A stretch of DNA of 64,000 nt, taken from Malacoraja senta. Its lineage: Eukaryota. Positions within the stretch are counted from its first letter, which is position 1. Each line of letters starts with the position of its first letter. The stretch covers positions 19,470,001 through 19,534,000 of the forward strand of contig CM075988.1 in NCBI GenBank assembly GCA_038087875.1, written 5' to 3'. Made by a program: the position numbers and the translations under genes. A model generated the notes under the pieces. That model did not search any database. It saw nothing but the letters and a program-made list of their open reading frames with translations, and was not told where the DNA came from. This document shows positions 14,430-27,271 of this stretch, one piece after another.

Positions 14430-14920
14430 AGCTCTATAGGAATTTGGTTAGGCCGCATTTGGGAGGATTGCGTGGAATTCTGGTTGTCCCATTACAGGAA
14501 AGATGTGAAGTCTTTAGAGGGGGTTCCAAGGAAGTTTACCAGAATATGTCCTAGATTAGAGGGTTTCAGCGACAGGGAGAGGTTGGAACAACTTGGATTG
14601 TTCAGAGATTGAGGGGAGATTTGATAGAAGGGTATAAAATTATGAGAGGGATAGATAGCGCAGACAGTCAGAACCTCTCTCCAAGGGTGGAAATATCCAA
14701 CACAAGAGGGCATAGTTATAATGGAAGAGGGGAAAGTTTAATTGAGATGTGCGGGTAAAGTTCTATACATAGACAGTGGTGGGGGCCTGGAATACGTTGT
14801 CAGGGGTGGTGGTGGAGGCAGGTACGATAGTACCGTTTGGAGGCTTTTCGATAGGCACATGGAAGTTCAGGGGATATGGATTATGTACAGGCAGATAAGA
14901 TCAGTTCAACTGAGATCATA
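14430..14920 (+). mobile_element. CR1 LINE 3' fragment
   Basis: Similar to the 3' part of ORF2 of the long CR1 copy. Confidence 0.75.
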
Positions 14921-15369
14921 GTTGCTGAGGTACAGTTGTGGTTAGTGTTGTGTAGTGTTCAAATGCCTAATGGTTGCTGGGAAGAAAATGTTCTTAAGCC
15001 TACATGCAAAAGACTGCAAATCTGAAATAAAAACAGAAAATGCAAGAGGTATCCAATAGGTCAGGCAACCTGAGCAATGAGTGGACTAGAGTTAATGTTT
15101 CAGATCAATGAAACTCTATTTCTCCCTCCATAGATGCAGCCCAACCTGCTGAGTACCACCAGCTTTTTCTGTTTTCAGTATAAACTGAAAAGACTTCTTA
15201 CACATCAAGATGCAGCTCCAATTCAAATTCTCAGCTGGACAGAGAATACATGAATAAATGGAGTGAGGTTTTGTCCATCTGTGCAGCCTAGGTTTGATAA
15301 TGGAAGCCACGAAACAGGTGCATGTCCTTGGTTAAGCTGGTGACGCTAAACAGATGTGCAGATTTTTTA

Positions 15370-15575
15370 AAACACAAAATGCTGCCGTACGTAGCTCAGC
15401 GGGACAGGCAGCATCTCCGGATAGAAGGGATGGGTGACGTTTCAGGTGGAGACCCTCCTTCAGACCTGAAACGTCACCCATTTCTGCTCTCCAGAGACGC
15501 TGCCTGTTCCGCTGAGTTACTCCAGCATTTTGTGTCCATCTTCGGTGCAAACCAGCATCTGCAGTTCCTTCCTGC
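15370..15575. mobile_element. Inverted pair of Penelope pLTR fragments (hairpin)
   Basis: Arms ACACAAAATGCTG...GGGTGACGTTTCAGGT and ACCTGAAACGTCACCC...CAGCATTTTGTGT. Confidence 0.75.
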
Positions 15576-16690
15576 AGATTTTTAAATACAGTCAGCTCTG
15601 TGATGTTGCGAAGTGAGCAAAGATCACTGCCAGCACTTCAAAGGAAGAAAGACCTCTGGAAAATAGACCCCCATAAGCCTCCACAATTCAAGGTTCAATC
15701 TCCTCTGACCTGCGGATCACAGCTGGGATCTGGAGGCCATTGATGTAGTACACAACATAAGCTGAGCTGGCATGTAGCTGAGCAGATGAGAGGCAATGAT
15801 GCAATGGATAGCAAGATCCTCTCAGCTCAGCACAGATTATTTGTAATTGAATAAAAGAATCCTCGCCAAAAAAACACACATCTCCTGTTGATAGCTCTAA
15901 ACAGATTATGTACTGTAGTGTTGACAGTACATTGTACTCAGATCCCATAGGGACAGTGTTTTCACTCGTACTGACCGGGGATGAATATCCTGGAAAATAT
16001 TCTGTCAAAGTGAAGCTATGGCCAAGAACGCACAGCAATGCCTTTCCCTCCTCAGATGACCAAGGAAGTTCGGCTTGTCTCCAAAGACTCGTACCAACAG
16101 ATGTACCGTAGAAAGCATCACACCTTGGTTTGGCAACAGCTCTGCCCGAAACCGTAAGAAATTGTTGAGTAGTGGATGTAGCCCAGTCCATCACACAGAC
16201 CAGACTCCCCACCGTCGACTCTATCTACACCTCATGCTGCCACAGGAAAGCAGGCAACATAACCAAGGACCTTTTTTCTCCACTCTGGCCAGTCCTTCTT
16301 CCCCCCCTACTCCATCGGTCTGAAGAAGGGTCCCAAACCAAAATGTCATCTGTCCATGCCCTCCAGAGATGCTGACTGACCTGCTGAGTTCCTCCAGCAC
16401 TTTGTGTTTTGCTCATGCCACTTTGATTGCTCGGGTTGGTGGATTCAAAACATCTGCCTATTGTGTCTGTGTCCCCCTGCATCTCTGTAACAACTCATTT
16501 CAAAAGTTAAAATTCCCTTTGGTTCAGGTTTAGCTAATTTTGTTTAAGGAGTTATTAAATCGCCTGTAGCGAGCCACTATCTCGCCCCTTTGATGTTGGT
16601 TTATCATGAGCTAAATGCATTCTTGCTACAGGCTTGGTTACACTAATTATTATGTTACTAGGTCAGATACCTGTAACTAATGCTTTTAAC

Positions 16691-17922
16691 CAGGGCCGGA
16701 TTTACGTATAAGCTAGACAAGCTTAAGCTTAGGGCCTCGAGATCTAGGGGGGCCTACTCACCTCGCTGCCTCACCGGACCCGTCGAACCTCGCCGCCCCA
16801 TCGACCATCCGCCCACCGGGACCTCCTACTCTTTGCCCGCTGACCCTCGCCACTCCACCGCCCTCCAGCAGCCTGCAGCCGTCGCCTTACCCGCAGCCTG
16901 GACTCAGCACCGGGCCCGAAGTTTCCACGCTGCAGATTCCCACTCCCCTGGGTTTGACTACGCTGGGTCCTAGTGCTAGTCCCCTAACCCTGGTAATCTC
17001 AGTGGCTGTTCCACTGAGTCTTCCCCATTCCCCTCAAACCATGTGACCCCAGCTCTTCCCCACCCACACTACAGTCCTCATACCCCCCTACCTCCTGACC
17101 ACACACCACCCCTCCACCAGACATCACCTTGGCCTCAGTCCACTCACCTGCCTTCCTCCGCCCCAACCCCCATCCCTGCCGTGTGTTCACCATCCCCCTG
17201 ACCTCCCACTCTCAGATACCGAATGGTCTGTCCTCAGCAGAGGCCTCACCATTGTCCCCCTCCATCCCCACCTCAATGAGTTCCGCGCCCACCATGGCTT
17301 GGAGCTCTTCTTCCGTCGCCTCCGCCTCACACCGTTCTTCCATGGGAAGGAGTCCTCGCCCCTATTGATGATCCCTTTTCCTGTCTCCAATGGACCCCCT
17401 CCTCTTGGACACAACCCTCCCCCCCCCCCCTCATGGCCATTGTTACAATGAAATTTGGGGGTCACCATCCAACGTCGGAACGGGAGAACATTCCCAGCGG
17501 CTTGGACTTCCGAATCAGCCACTTCCTACCGGAGACCGCGGCTCCCAAAGTCCACAGGCTGAGCTGGGCAGAGATTCACGCCGGCGGCCCTCGGCAAAGC
17601 AATCCCAGGGCTCCGCGATATTAAAATCAGCGCGGCCCGAGGCTGGGAGCTCCGCAAACCACAGCTCCATGATGTTGAAGCAGCAGGCCCAACACACCAG
17701 AGCATCAAACGGCGATCCTGGTAAGGCATGGCCCGCTCCATGATGAATCCAATATGTATTTTAAAACCAACTGTTTAATGACAACATACAATAGGATCTA
17801 AAAGTGTCACACTGTCACTGTCGGGTAGTGATGGTCCTCTAATCGTGGGGGTGGGGGATTGGGAGGGGGGGGCCTCACAAGTGAAATAGCTTAGGGCCTC
17901 TCTTCATCTAAATCCGGCCCTG
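16691..17922. mobile_element. Non-autonomous hAT-like TIR element, 1232 bp, containing a Penelope ORF fragment
   Basis: Perfect 14-bp TIR CAGGGCCGGATTTA. 8-bp TSD CTTTTAAC at 16683-16690 and 17923-17930. Confidence 0.92.
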
Positions 17923-18699
17923 CTTTTAACTCGTGACTGCATGCGTTTAAATCCACCATGATTTCTGATAATGATAATTGCTCATTTCGAAGCTTCCCCC
18001 CAGTCCAGTTTCAGTAAAAACACTGACAAGCACTTGAAACAACTACATTTTATTTTAACATTGCAGGACAACTACTGTACCTATCCCACCGCGGGTTCGA
18101 TCCTCGTATCTGCCTGTTCAAGCCCTCTAGGCCTCGCTCAGACAGAGACACTCCAGAAGTTCACGCAGTCCCAAGCGCTCTCCCAGAAGATCGACGTGGA
18201 CCTTGTGGTAGCGGACTTTATATGTCCCAGGACCTCAAAGGGCTGAACCACATGGGGGTGGTCTCTTAATAACCCAATTAGAGATATCGATTAATCCCAT
18301 ACATAACAGACATTTCCCTAACCCAATAATACAGCAGCTCAATACATTGTATTCAAATTGGACTTCGCAAGGAAGCCAACTTAGAAATATTTACTCTGAT
18401 TTGCCAGAAACCCAGACAAGGCTCAATACCTTCCTTCGCTCCATAGATGCTGCCTCACCCGCTGAGTTTCTCCAGCATTTTTGTCTACCTTCGATTTTTC
18501 CAACATCTGCAGTTCTTTCTTAAACAGATGAGACAAGTTGGTCAGTGTGAGCAAGTTGGGCCATGGGGCCTCTTTCTATTCTGTATAACTATGATTATGA
18601 CTCTACATCACCCATTTTCCTTGTGAATATCTATCACTCCCTCATAATCAATTATCTCACCTTTCTGTGGAGTCCCCTCTTCATTTGTCATTTGTGGGA

Positions 18700-19220
18700 T
18701 TGTGTACAGGAAGGATATTGGAGGCTTTGGAAAGGGTGCAAAGGAGGTTAACCAGAATGATGCCTGGATCTGGAGCTATTAGCTGCAGGGAGTGGTTAGA
18801 CAGACTTGATTGTTTTCTCTGGAAAGCCAGAGGTTGCCGGAGACCTGCTAGAAATATATAAAATTATGAGAAGCGTAGATAGCATAGGCATTCAGATCCT
18901 ATTTCCCAGGGTGGAAATATCAAACACCAGTGGGGAGAGCTTTAAGGCGAGAGGGGCAATGTTTAAAGGAGATATGCAGGGCAGGTTTTTTTACACAGAG
19001 GGTGTTGGGTGCATGGAACACGTTGCCAGGGGTGGTGGTGGAGGCAAATACGACAGTGGCTTTAAGAGACTTTTGGATAGGCACATGGATATGCAGGGAA
19101 TGGATGGATATTGATTATGTGATGGCAGATAAAGGTTGGTCTTGGCATCTTGTTTGGCACAGACATTGTGGGCCGAAGGGCCCGGTACCTGTCTTGTTCT
19201 ATGTTCTATGTTTTATGTTC
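18700..19220 (+). mobile_element. CR1 LINE 3' fragment
   Basis: Peptides ALERVQRRLTRMMPG and FFTQRVLGAWNTLP; tail (TTCTATG)n. Confidence 0.85.
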
Positions 19221-19541
19221 CATATTCTAGATTCTGAGACTGCCTCTTCCCTGTCCAGTACATGTATGGTGACATTAAAGAGGGAGCTCCACATAAAGGA
19301 GTAATAATTGATTATGAAGGAGTAATAAATATTCCCAAGATAAGTGGGTGACTTAGGGTCATAGACCTCTTGAATCATAGAGTGTGGAAGCAGGCCCTTT
19401 GGCCCAACTTGCCCACACACCGACCATCCTGCACACTCGCCCCCACCTGCCTGCATTTGGCTAATATCCCTCTAAACGTATCCTATGCTTGTACTTGTCT
19501 ACTTGTGTTTGTACCTGCCTCAATGGACTTCAATTGCCGTA

Positions 19542-19852
19542 GGGCGGCACGGTGACGCAGCGGTAGAGTTGCTGTCTTACAGCACCAGATATCAGGGTTC
19601 AATCCTGATTACAGGTGCTCGTCTGTACAAAGTTTGTACATTGTCCACGTGACCTGCGTGGGTTTTCTCCGGGATCTCCGGCTTCAAAGACGTACAGGTT
19701 TGTAGGTTAATTGGCTTCGGTAAACTTTTGTAAATTTTCCCGAACGTGTGTGTAGGATAGTGTTAGTGTGCGGGGATCGCTGGTTGGCACAGACTCGGTG
19801 GTCCGGAGGGCCGGTTTCCGCGCTGTATCTCTAAAATAAACTAACGTAAACT
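19542..19852 (+). mobile_element. HE1-like SINE, full length
   Basis: Head, V-domain and tail all present. Confidence 0.9.
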
Positions 19853-20582
19853 ACCTCCCCTCCCAGCACGTTCCATAAACTCACCACCTTGGTGTCACAC
19901 CCTTTATGTGTAAGTTAATGAAGAACCAGGAGGTAATGCTGCATGCTACAGTATATCGCCAGGAAAGTTTAAATTTAAATGGAAGCATGAAATAATTACA
20001 CCGGTAATAATGTTTCTGTTTTGATGAACATATGCACGTGTCTCCGAAATAGAAAAATTGCTTAAAGAACTTGTTAGACTTTAGATTAATACAGTTCTAC
20101 ACTTGTAGTGCACGGTGAGGTGCAGTAAATGCTAATTTTCCATTTTTTATATAAATCACTGTCTGATATCATGTCTCATTACATAATAAGCATGTAGCAG
20201 CGCAATAATTATAGCTCTGCCTTTTCTGTTAGAGGTATCAGGCAATGCTTCAGTAAGAGATGTCCAATAACTCCAATCTGTAGGAGAGTGCTCAAATATA
20301 GCTGGCTATTTATGGGATAACTCTTGTCATGGAAAATGTATATGTATATATAATACAAAATAATAAACAGATAATGACATCTGCTTTGTGCCCAAATTTA
20401 CGTTAATCATCTTGATTTCACCTGACTACATCCTTGTTCTTGTGTTTAATCCCGCATATTTTGCTGTTTAATGGCATCTATCATTTGAACAAATTACTGA
20501 AGGTGGCCAACATAAAACCACCCGGAAAATGTCCGATAGAGATATTATACTTTCCCTTAACCAAGAATAATCATAAAGAATC

Positions 20583-20805
20583 ATGATGTACAAAATCATG
20601 AGAGGATTAGATCGGGTAGATGCACAGAGTCTCTCGCACAGAGTAGGGGAATTGAGGACCAGAGGACATAGGTTCAAGGTGAAGGGGAAAATATTTAACA
20701 GGAATCCGAGGGGTAACTTTTTCACACAAAGGGTGGTGGGTGTATGGAAGAAGCTGCCAGATGAGGTAGTTGAGGCTGGGACTATCCCATCGTTTAAGAA
20801 ACAGT
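20583..20805 (+). mobile_element. CR1 LINE fragment (its tail resumes at ~21121-21156)
   Basis: Peptide YKIMRGLDRVDA...FFTQRVVGVWKKLP. Confidence 0.85.
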
Positions 20806-20807
20806 AA

Positions 20808-21125
20808 AGGGCCTGTTCCACTGTACGAGCTAATTCAAGAGTTCTCCCGAGTTTCCCCTGATTCGAACTCGGAGATTTACGGTAATTGCCGCTCGTAGGT
20901 ACTCGGGGGTCTCGTGGACACTTTTCAACATGTTGAAAAATCTTCACGAGTCTTCACGAGCTTACCGCATTTCCCAAGTACCTGCCGTTAGCGTTACGAG
21001 CCGCTAAGAGACGTCCCCGAGCTCCGACGTACCCGCTACGTACATTCTACGTGCTTACCACGAGTTTGATTATTTTTTTTTTACTCGGGAGAGCTCTTGA
21101 ATTACCTCGTACAGTGGGACAGGCC
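20808..21125. mobile_element. PIF/Harbinger-like MITE
   Basis: About 43-bp TIRs (GGCCTGT(T/C)CCACTGTACGAG...CTCCCGAGT, 3 mismatches). Preceded by TAA; right TSD lost. Confidence 0.75.
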
Positions 21126-21924
21126 TGTTTCCACACTGTATCACTCTATGACTCTAAATGAAATATGTTGCGGTTGAATTTTGGCAATTTTAACAATATA
21201 CCCTGAATAATCCTTTGAGATTTGGTGCTTCCAAGAATTTAAAAGCTCGATTGAAGAAGTGTCATCAACATCATAAACTTTGGACAGTGTACCCCAGCGA
21301 ATAAACAAATATTAAATTAAAACACAATTTTGTGATGCTGCAGGCAGAATTGTGGAGAACATGGATACAAGACATTCAGGCCAGGACCCCCCTTCAGTCT
21401 GAAGAAATGGCCTGACCCATATCTTCACCGGTCAATGTTGTCCAGGGATGCTGCCTGATCAACTGGGTAACTCCAGCACTTTGTGCTTCTTTTTGTAAAC
21501 CACCATCTGCAGTTCCTTGTTTCTCTATGCTGTTGCTGTCTTACCTCTTAAGAGGAACATCAGATTGGTTATGGTATTCAATAGACTTCCATTGAAGTAT
21601 GTTTTTCTACTTATACAAGTGAAATGTATTCGCCAATAATCGTCAGGTACCTTGTCCTTTCCTTTGGCACTTATTACAAAGCTCTGTACTTTAATAAAGC
21701 TTCGTAAATGAGGAATAGTGAAGAGGCAACGGCATTTTAATAAAAAATTAGAATTAGAAGGGGAGCAGAATTGACCAGGCAGAGTGGCACAACAAAATGT
21801 GGGAAGGGGGGGGGGGGGAATATTTTAATCATATTCTGAGAGGATCGGGCACAGCAGCAGCTGTGAACATTTTATTAGAAACATTTCCTTTAATGTTTCT
21901 GTTCTGCAGGTTATGTTCAAGATA

Positions 21925-22405
21925 TGCATTGATTTAGGAGGATGTTGCCAGGACCCGAGGACCCAAGCTACAGGGAGAGGTTGAGCAGCCTAAGACTTTA
22001 TTCCTTGAAGTGCAGGAGGCTGAGGGCTGACCCTTATAGAGGTGTACAAAATCACGAGGAGAATAGATAGGGTGAATGCAGAGTATTTTTTCCAGGTGAG
22101 GCTTATCAAGAACTAGAGAGCAGGGGTTTAAGATGAGACGGGAAATATTCAATGGAACCCTGAGAGGCAACTTTTTCACACAGAGGGTGGTGGGTATACG
22201 GAATGAACTGCCAGAGAAAGTATTTGAGACAAGTACAATAACAACATTTGAAAAATGTTGGACTGGTACTCGATTACGAAAGGCTTAGAGGGATATTAAC
22301 CAAACGTGGGCATGTGGGACTAGTGCAGATGGGGCATCTTGTCCTGCATGGATGAGTTGGGTCGAAGGGGCTGTTTCTATGCTATATATGACTCCATAAC
22401 TCTCT
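21925..22405 (+). mobile_element. CR1 LINE 3' fragment
   Basis: ACACAGAGGGTGGTGGGT motif and HE1-shared tail GGTCGAAGGGGCTGTTTC. Confidence 0.8.
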
Positions 22406-23384
22406 GACTAAGTTCAATTTTTTATTACATTGTGAAGTAAATAATATTAAGTCAAAAAATGGCAGTAACACAGAATGAGAGTGTATAAATGAGAATTTTA
22501 TTAATCTACTAATTTATTCCACATTTCTTGCTTAATAGGTTGAATTTGCAAAGGTCAAGCATCCTTAACAACACAGAGTGGATGATTTGATGTGAAGTAC
22601 TTCAGGAGCTCTGACCATGATATCCATCTAACACTGCAATCCATCCGGATGACATGACATCCTGCCGATAGTAGGTCTGTTTAAAATATTGCCCTTAGAT
22701 CATCTATTGTTATCATTTTGCTATTATTAACCATATAATACATTGCTTTTTTTTTAAATTAACAAGCATTCCTTACAAGTTGAGACACAAGGAACTGGAA
22801 TCTTGAACAAAGCACCAAGTGCTGGAGGAACTCAGTGGGTCAGACAGCATTTGTGGAAGGAATGGACTGACGATGTTTCAGGTCCTGACCCTTCTCCAGA
22901 CTGATGAATTGTCCATTTCACTTCAAAGATGCTGTCTGACTCGCTGAGTTCCTCCAGCACTGTGTTTTAGTATCTTGGCAGTGGTTTGGGTTTCCGACTA
23001 AGCCTCAGGGCTGCCAACTCTCACGCTTTCAGCGTGAGAATCACGCTTTGGAGCAAATTCTCACGCCCACACGCTCATGACCGAGTTCTCACGCTGAGTT
23101 CAGTCCCTGCACAGTTTGTCCCTTTGTGCCGCGTTCCAGGGATCTGCACGGTCTGGCGAAGCGCGTCGGTTGCCGGCTGTGAGTGACGTCGCGTCTCTTC
23201 TCTCCTGGTTGGATTTGCAGCCGCCGGGTGTCAGCAGCTCTATGTGCCGGCTGTGAGCGCTGCGCTGCCAGCCGCCGCTGCAGCCTCGCTCCCTCCCTCC
23301 CTCCTGCCCTTCAACTCACACGGCAGCGCCAGCGGCGCCAATCCACGCTACACCGTGTCCGCCAGACTCCCCATTGGGCGGCCG

Positions 23385-23644
23385 GGGAGAGAGAGGGAGG
23401 GTGGAGAGAGAGAGAGAGAGAGAGGGAAAGAAAAAAGGGAGGGATGGAGGCAAAGCGAGACAAGGGGAGGGAATGTAGAAAGGGGATGAATGAAGGAAAG
23501 GAGAAAGTGGAGAAAGAGGGAGAGGGAGGAAAGAGGGAAGGATGGGGTCAGGAGGGAGGAAGGGATGGATGGAGGGAGGGGGAAGAAAAGGTGTGTGTGT
23601 GTGTGTGTGCTTGTGTGTCTGTCTCCCTGTGTGTGTCTCTGTGT

Positions 23645-23716
<72 letters not shown>

Positions 23717-23717
23717 C

Positions 23718-23761
<44 letters not shown>

Positions 23762-23935
23762 TGTGTGTCTCCTGTGTGTGTCTCCCTGTGTGTGTGTGTG
23801 TCTCCCTGTGTGTGTGTGTCTCCTTGTGTGTGTCTCCCTGTGTGTGTGTGCATGTCTGTGTGTCTCCCCGTGTGTGTGCGCGTGTGTGTGTGTGTGTCTC
23901 CCCGTGTGTGTGCACGCGTGTGTGTGTGTGCACGC

Positions 23936-23970
<35 letters not shown>

Positions 23971-24000
23971 CCCTTGTGTATGTGTCTCCATGTGTGTCTG
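23385..24000. repeat. Purine-rich (GA/GGA) tract followed by a compound (TG)n/(TGTCTCCC) microsatellite
   Basis: Direct inspection. Confidence 0.95.
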
Positions 24001-24332
24001 TTATCACATCCTGGTCTTAGACAGGGCTGCCAACTCTCACGCTTTGAGAGTGAGAGTCACGCATTTCAGCCAATGCTCATGCTGATGACAGAATTCTCAC
24101 CCTGTCTTCAGTCCCTGCACAGTTTGTCTCTTTTGCGCCACATCACAGCGATCTGTGCAGTCTGGGGAAGCGCGTCAGTTGGCGGCTGTGAGTGACGTAG
24201 CATCTCTTCTCTTCTCTTCTTTCTTGGTTGGATGTGCAGCCGCCGACAACATGAAGCAGCCGGAGATAGAACTAACCAGGTGAATTGGTTGTATAACATG
24301 GGGGGGACCACAATGAGGCCAAACATCTAGGA

Positions 24333-24530
24333 CAGGGTTCGGCAACCTACGGCACACGGGCCGAATCCGGCCCGTAACCCGAAAAACCACGTTTTTTTTT
24401 TCAATTTGTTTTCACGGGGTCGGGGCAGGCGAGCCGACTTGAGAACTGCAGCCAGTCCCTGGGACGCGAGCTGATCTGGGAACGGCAGCCCGTCCCTGGG
24501 CACGCAGAATGCCAACTTGATCATTATGGA
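24333..24530 (+). mobile_element. hAT/Charlie-like left end fragment
   Basis: CAGGGTTCGGCAACCTACGGCACACGGGCCGAATCCGGCCCG after ATCTAGGA; no right end seen. Confidence 0.5.
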
Positions 24531-25249
24531 CAAATTGGGCCAGCCATGTACATGTTGTATAACTCTGACTCTATGCAGATCTGAATGGGCTTAGAATGAC
24601 CAAGCAAAATTACCCTCACTTTCCCCATTTTGATTCTTGAGATTAATATCCCTTTGCTCTGTTAACAGCGTTAAAGTACTTACGAGGTAGAGTCAGGAAA
24701 GGGAACATGTTATTTTCTTTTAGTTTGCTTTAATTTGTTAGTTGATTTTTTGTTGACTGCCATAATTTCTGAAATGGTCTTAATGTAACTTAACTGTTAT
24801 AAAGCAGTAATAAGTGATTTTTGTCCAAACAATTGGAACTTGCATAAAATGTTTGCATTATTAGCAGGGCTGCCAACTCTCACGCATTGAGTGTGAGACT
24901 CACGCATTTCACAAAACTCTCATGCTCTCACGCTGATCACAAAATTATATAATGAGAATAGGACCTGTTTTTGCTTAACAAATAGTGTAGGAAGGAATTG
25001 CAGATGCTGGTTTAAACTGAAGATAGACACTAAAAACTAGAAAACTCAGCAGGACAGGCAGCATCTCTGGAGAGAAAGAATGGGTGATGTTTCAAGTCGA
25101 GAACGTCAGCCTGAAGAGGTTGAAAACCAGCCATAAAACACAATGACTGGACATGTGTGTTATCCAACTAAGGGCAGAAATCAGAATCATGTGTTCATCT
25201 TTATTCACATGACACCATAATAAATATATTACAGAAAAAATAATTTAAT

Positions 25250-25460
25250 GGGGTGGCACGGTGGCGCAGTGGTAGAGTTGCTGCCTTACTACCACATGGG
25301 TTTTCTCTGGATATTCTGGTTTCTCCCATATCCGAAAGAAGTGCAGGTTTGTAGGTTAATTGGCTTCTGTAAATTGTCCCTGGCATGATGGATGGAATTG
25401 GTGTATGATAGATTGCTGGTCGATGTCGACTTTGTGGGCGGAAGGGCCTGTTTCCATATA
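25250..25460 (+). mobile_element. HE1-like SINE (internally deleted)
   Basis: Head, partial V-domain and tail. Confidence 0.8.
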
Positions 25461-25556
25461 TATTTTTACATATATATCTTAATTTCATTGAACCATATAT
25501 GATTGAATATGTGGCATTATTTTTGTCTTGTTTCTATATTCAAAGGGTAAGGTTGA

Positions 25557-25690
25557 AACCGTCTGAAGAAGGGTTTCGGCCTGAAACGTTGCCTATTTCC
25601 TTCGCTCCATAGATGCTGCCGCACCTGTTGAGTTTCTCCAGCAATTTTGTCTACCTTCGATTCTCCAGCATCTGTAGTTCCTTCTTGAAC
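25557..25690 (+). mobile_element. Penelope pLTR-derived short insertion with hammerhead-like core
   Basis: CTGAAGAAGGGTTTCGGCCTGAAACGTT. TSD AAGGTTGA at 25549-25556 and 25691-25698. Confidence 0.8.
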
Positions 25691-27142
25691 AAGGTTGATT
25701 GATTTATTTGTGCAGAACAATGATGGAAGTCTGACTTTTGCTTTGTTTCTCTGAGTTTTTCTCTCTATATATATATATACATAACAGCATGAATATAATC
25801 TGATTTCCATATATGAATACAGTCATTCATGTGCTGCACCTGTTGATCAGAGCCTGGCTCTATTGTGGAATATAATTAGGAATGTAATTTAGCTTAACCT
25901 TATTCATACCTAATCCAATTTAAAGCATAAATGTTGCATTCAAATGTAAGTTAAAAGACTCGCTACAGTATGCACCAGATTGCACAATTTCAAGCTGAAA
26001 AATGCAAAAGCTCCCTACACCCTCCCCCCCCCGGGTCGCTACATTCCCTCACAATTTCTCACTCTCAACTCTCACCCAATGTTGACAGCCCTGAAGCCTC
26101 CACTTTTCTGATTCGCCAAACTGCCCAAACGGAAGCTAGAGGAATATGGACGGAGTGTTTTAGATGTGTCTCAATGGCCAATTATCTCCTAGACTGACAA
26201 TCTGACAGAGTTTTTCCAAGATTAAGTCATCTCGGAAATATTCCCTAATTGCTCCAGTCTCTGACACCAATTTTTCCCTGTCCGACATAAATCAATCTCA
26301 CAGTGCATAATCAATTACATTCAATTTCTATTACTTGCCCAGAGTGTTATTTGGACCCTCTCCAATTCTTTAAGCCGTAAATTCCTTTTGTTTGCCAGGA
26401 AAGCTCAGAGATAGAGAGGACTACTGACTCCTACATTAGCTGGAAAATCTACGCTCCTCTCAACTAACATTTGACGGGGTCAACTCCAGCCATCTATTTT
26501 CAGGAGGTTTAACTCATGTTCCACAGTTCTGCTGAGTACTGACAAAGCTCCTCAATGTCGCAAGCCCACATCTGCTCCTTTATTTTGGTTGCACCAAGCT
26601 GAACAAGTCCCAAGTGCCATTTACAGTAGCCTGCTACTGCATTTTGAACCTGCGACTCCAACAGGCATAATCTCTTTCCTCAAGAGATATCTCGTTGAAT
26701 CCTGTTTTAATAAAAACAGAGAAATAAAATTCCTTCCAGCTTTATATTTATTGACAGAATCCTTTTGAGAAAATAATTTGACACTCAAAATGACAGACAA
26801 AGCTAAAAGAGGACAACCATTACTTTTCCAGAGTTGATCGAGGTCTCTGAGGTGGGGGGCTTTACATTTGGTAAAAATGTTGGGCAATATTTGATTCTGG
26901 AAGTAATCACAGGTTTTAAATTGATCGGATGCTGTTCTGAATGCAATTATCTTCAGGTGTAGTTTTGCCTCAAATTCCTGAAGGGGTTTCACACGGACTT
27001 TATCCGGGGGACCTCAATTGCACGAGGTATGAGATTGGAATGCCACTTACAAGCTCCAGAGGTAATTTGGATTCTCTGAACTTGATGCAGCTGCCAAAGA
27101 GTACAAGCGAAACTTCTTTCATTGGATAATCCAACCAATAAT

Positions 27143-27271
27143 CTGAAGAAGGGTTTCGGCCCGAAACGTTGCCTATTTCCTTCGCTCCATAGTTCCTGCT
27201 GCACCCGCTGAGTTTTTCCAGCATTTTTGTGTACCTTCGATTTTCCAGCATCTGCAGTTCCTTCTTAAACA
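27143..27271 (+). mobile_element. Penelope pLTR-derived short insertion with intact hammerhead-like core
   Basis: CTGAAGAAGGGTTTCGGCCCGAAACGTT. TSD CAATAATCT at 27136-27144 and 27272-27280. Confidence 0.82.

Larger units (their letters stand above)
23006..26093. mobile_element. Composite TIR DNA element (3088 bp) with a 6-bp TSD
   Basis: Left end CAGGGCTGCCAAC, right end GTTGACAGCCCTG. AAGCCT at 23000-23005 and 26094-26099. Extra internal left-end copies at 24022 and 24865. Confidence 0.7.

Noticed and set aside
17967..18312. Possible second solo LTR (minus-strand TATA ~18222, AATAAA ~18055, TG...CA with TTTC flanks)
   Set aside because: Ends are ambiguous and lack a terminal inverted repeat; a 4-bp match is easily obtained by chance among several candidate ends.
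23183..24195. Long ORFs (up to 300 aa) rich in CV/HT
   Set aside because: Translations of (TG)n and (GA)n microsatellites; the same applies to 4583-5008.
26621..26992. 123-aa minus-strand ORF in unique DNA
   Set aside because: Non-ATG start, no recognisable domain, and a length compatible with chance.
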